The notes under the pieces are model-generated. The model saw only the letters and a list, made by a program, of their open reading frames with translations. It was not told the origin of the DNA and made no database searches. This document shows positions 60,401-64,000 of a stretch of 64,000 nucleotides of DNA, piece by piece. How positions within the stretch are numbered: position 1 is the stretch's first letter; every line of letters starts with the position of its first letter. The DNA is from Diadema antillarum (lineage: Eukaryota): positions 62,001 to 126,000 of the forward strand of contig NW_027270955.1 of NCBI RefSeq assembly GCF_040938485.1, given 5' to 3'. The translations under genes and the position numbers were made by a program.

Positions 60401-62385
60401 ATGCAAGTTGTAAGACTGTATTCATACTGTATTGGGAAATGTTTTCCATCTGAATCACCACCCTGAGAAGTGCCAAACGTGTACATTGTAGTTAATAAAC
60501 CAAACTTGGTGCTGGGGTCCCAACTGCAAAGGGCAATAGTGCCCTCACTGGGGAAACAGGCTGTGGCCATCTAGACAGACACATAAATTAAAAATGTCTT
60601 CGATGTTCAGTCATGGTCGAGAACTAATGCCAGGTCATAGGTGTTTAAAAACAAAAACAAAAACAGAAACCCGAAGAAACAAACGCCATACGGGGTGTTT
60701 TTGAAAACACCTTGAACCATTCAAATGCAATCTCATTCAACTTACCTTACTGCCAAACCTACTCGAAGTTTATAAAAGGAGTGCTTGGTAGAAACCAGCT
60801 CTGATTTTAAATGACATCGACGCAGCTTAACAAGGATTGAAAAAATCTCCTGGAAAATGGGTCACAACTGCTTGTAAAAAGGAGTTTTATTTTTGATTTG
60901 ATTAATGTATTCTCTTGAGGCAAGACTAAAATTGCATGGTGCACAAGTGCTGTTAATTAAGCGTTGTCAATAAGGGTTAGATGACGATTCGCATTAAGTA
61001 ATACTATGTACGCTGTTACCTCATAGGAAAATTTGATAGGCTGAAACTAATACCAAAATGATGGCCATTCCTTTTTTCTTCTTCCTTTTTGTTCTTAAAA
61101 AAAAAAAAAACAACCCTGCAGAGCAGTATTTGTTGGACAAAAATATTTTCTTGTGTGCGAATGTGAGCCGAGACCGAAGAATCGCTCCAAATCTGCCATT
61201 TTCAGTGGAAAGAACAGCAAAATGTATTCAGATATATGAATATCACATATACCTACTTAATAAGGCAAACCGACTTTTAAAAAGATAGCTTTACACCTAT
61301 TAGGCAGGTGGTTTTGGCAGCAGCCTTAATTTTTACACCATTTGAGGACATCAACTGGAGAGTCAGTAGGTACCTATGCCCCTTGCAACCATCTCTGGGC
61401 GGGGGTGGAGGGGGGGGGGGGTCATCACTGCATCGTTCACTTTAAGAGAGGAGGGCCGTTTGCCCTCCAGAGAAAGGGAGTAGCAGAGATGACCAAAAAA
61501 ACATAAAAGAGGGATAAATGTAAGAATGCTCTTTACTTTCCAATGCTAGCCAAATCAAGTATGATACACCAACATTGAGGCTGCTCTTACATTGAGAAAA
61601 AGAATACAAAAAGAGAAGAATAGGGAATAGAAGAAGACGGCTGATATGCAATCATGGGTGATTTGTGGTAAAAATTTATCAAAGTTTCAAAAGAAGGGGT
61701 GTCTTTGTTCCTTTCATGTATTCATTTGCATAACTTATTTATTCCATTCATTGCAAAAATGTGTCTTGGTTGTTGAAAGCAAATTCTACTTAAGCAAGTT
61801 CTTCGGCAGGTCCAAGGACAGTAATAATGCCTAAACTATGTTCATCTTCATCTTTGCCAAACTTAGGAATACATTCACCTAACATATTATATTTATTTTC
61901 CATTAATGTGTAGTCATTGTGTTATTCTTGTTTGTTCAATCATTTTGTTGTTTTTGTTGTTGTTTTTTTTTCCCTGACAAGTGTGACCGCATACCAAAGT
62001 TGCACGAACATGCTATGGGTTATCAATTTAACATGAGAATTGAGATACACAGCCCTAGTGTTGCATTCGGGTAGTCAGTTTTAAAGGCCACAATTTGGAA
62101 CAATTTGATTTATGTGTTTATATTTGTTGTTTTGTTCTTTTCTGTTTTGTTCTTTTATTTTTTTTTTTATTTCTAAGCTATACAAGTTGCAGATTGATGT
62201 CTGCACATTCTCAAGAAATAATCATGGACTAATGACTTGAATGCATGACGAAACATCAAAATGGAACTTGTTGAAATAATGTAGCAACCTTGCCCAAGGC
62301 TACCATCACAGCTACGGAAGTTATATGGGGTAACCACATTATAACAAGCTCGCTTTACACAACGAGGTACCGGTACCTCTTTTAA

Positions 62386-62470
62386 CCCGTTGAGGATGAG
62401 TCCCGAGAATACTCGGGCAGGTTTCTATTGGAAATGCGTGTTATAACAAAATCAGTCCATCCTCAGCGGG
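62386..62470. mobile_element. 85-bp piggyBac-like MITE
   Basis: TTAA|CCCGTTGAGGATG ... CATCCTCAGCGGG|TTAA. Confidence 0.8.
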
Positions 62471-64000
62471 TTAATGAGGTGAATGTGGCAGTCCTGATTT
62501 TCCATGACTGTAGGCCTATTCAGCTGTTTTTCTGGTTTTCCTACATGTACATTTGCAATGAGGTGTCGTTTATAACAAGATAAATTCAGGGTTCCGGCGA
62601 TGTCATTGTAATGGGCTTTCCATGTACAGTCATGATCATATTTTTCTTTCTTTCCTCTCTTTTTTTTTTTGTGGTCATGTTCTGCCTGCAGAACTCATAA
62701 GAATTACAGTCGACCCTTTACTTTTGCACGAGTCAATTCATGTTTGACCCATGGAATGTCACACTACCACTTCTACTTAATTCATGTCATATTTGTGCTA
62801 AAAACCATTTCTGACTCTGTACCGTGCGACCATGTTTGCAGGCAGTTTGAAGCATCAGTAGGTATGACCTTGGCGGTGTTCATATCTGAGATTGTTTTGC
62901 ATCGAGTGTACCATGTGAACAGTAAGATGAGACCAAATGGAAAAGTGTTTCTAGGAAAAGAGGACATTTTCCTGCAAAATAGAGTTTTAACAATTGCAAT
63001 TGACGAGAATAAGAGGAGCTCATATTCAACTAAGGGCAATTAGGAAATGATCATGTAAAAAATATTCAAAGCTTTCAAAGGTCTGTGTTTGATCCAATGT
63101 TGGCTCTGATTGGCTCCTCAAATTGGCCACACCTGTCATGTTAGTGCGGTGTCACATGATCATCTCTCATGCAAGTTGCGAGAAGAAATACTGTTTTTTT
63201 TTGTTATTTTTTTAATAATCTGCATTCTAACAGGGAGCAAGTATCCATTGTTCAATGTAAGTACAGTGTATCTTGAGAACAGTTGCTTACAAAGTCACAT
63301 GACGAATGCTTTAAGGACTAGTGATGTATAAGTTAAAAAAAAAAAAAACTACACAACCAAAAGCCAATGTTTACCATGTTTTTCTACCACTGTGTGTAAT
63401 TCTTAAAATCTAAAGCATTCATATCGAAAGTATTCTTACAAGCACCAAACTTTTTTTGGGTTGTTTTGGAAGCTTGCTGCTCAATTTCTTCAGCGTTTCC
63501 CTTCTACTGTGTGTACAGTGGTATTCATCTCACATTTAGCTGTTGCTCGACACACTCCACGATCACTGAAATATGTTTGGTATCGATTGCCGTATTTATG
63601 GCTTTGATGACGCCCGAGTGGTCAAACCTGAATTTTTCTGTGATGATACATGGCCATGGGAAATGCACAATTCTGCTGAATATTAATTTGTGGAAACAAA
63701 ATTGACCTGCCGCCACATAACCCATATAAAGTTGATAGAATTCAAAGGAGCTGTATACTCAAATACCAAAATGTAGATTTGGTTGAAAAATATGAAATTC
63801 TATTTTTTTTTTTTTGGAAATCACAGATTACAAAAGTATCAATTCATGAAAGCATTGAAAGCCCCAATTTTGATGTAATTGGTTGCACCAAATTGAGAAA
63901 TTGCATGTTGGGTAACTTTATCCAGGTGTTGATGGTGGCGTGTCTGCAGTCACTGTATAATTGCTGTACATCGAAGGTAGATTTGATGCTGAGTAATGCC

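Noticed and set aside
61442-61651. Hydrophobic minus-strand ORF faintly resembling CLN6
   Set aside because: Explained by a CT-rich low-complexity strand; no diagnostic motif and no consistent exon chain.
63534-63627. Katanin p80 C-terminal domain similarity of the minus-strand exon candidate
   Set aside because: Only a loose pattern match over ~20 aa, and no downstream phase-0 exon continues the domain.
63540-63686. Selenoprotein-like plus-strand frame LLLDTLHDH-TGA-NMFGIDCRIYGFDDARVV...
   Set aside because: The context matches no selenoprotein family I know, no SECIS was identified, and it is the antisense shadow of an equally plausible minus-strand exon.

Overview
AT-rich animal genomic scaffold with five N-gaps (about 7.1, 7.3, 13.0, 17.7 and 42.0 kb). 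The repeat types and intron style suggest a marine invertebrate deuterostome, probably an echinoderm (inference). Four genes are supported. (1) The first coding exon of an Rh-type ammonium transporter on the minus strand (1521->1365); the rest of the gene lies left of the window. (2) A complete 3-coding-exon TLCD5/TMEM136 gene on + (9862-10090, 10817-11037, 13266-13661; 281 aa). (3) C2H2 zinc-finger gene ZNF-A on + (30682-31020, 32404-34871), about 15 fingers, whose terminal exon carries a one-base frameshift at ~33810. (4) Its old tandem paralog ZNF-B on + (49636-49665, 52631-52865, 54983-57486; ~922 aa, about 17 fingers) with a His-Gly-Pro-Pro repeat tail. Introns and intergenic DNA are packed with non-autonomous DNA transposons: Kolobok/T2-like, Tc1/mariner-pogo-like, Harbinger-like, piggyBac-like, hAT/P-like and Helentron-associated elements, several nested. 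No transposase, rRNA, intact tRNA or CRISPR array was seen. The most interesting signals are the shared, effector-less architecture of the two ZNF paralogs with a conserved single-finger N-terminal module, the ZNF-A frameshift, a three-layer transposon stack carrying an 8-copy motif array, and a perfect 113-bp-arm palindrome. All family assignments were made by eye, with no database search.
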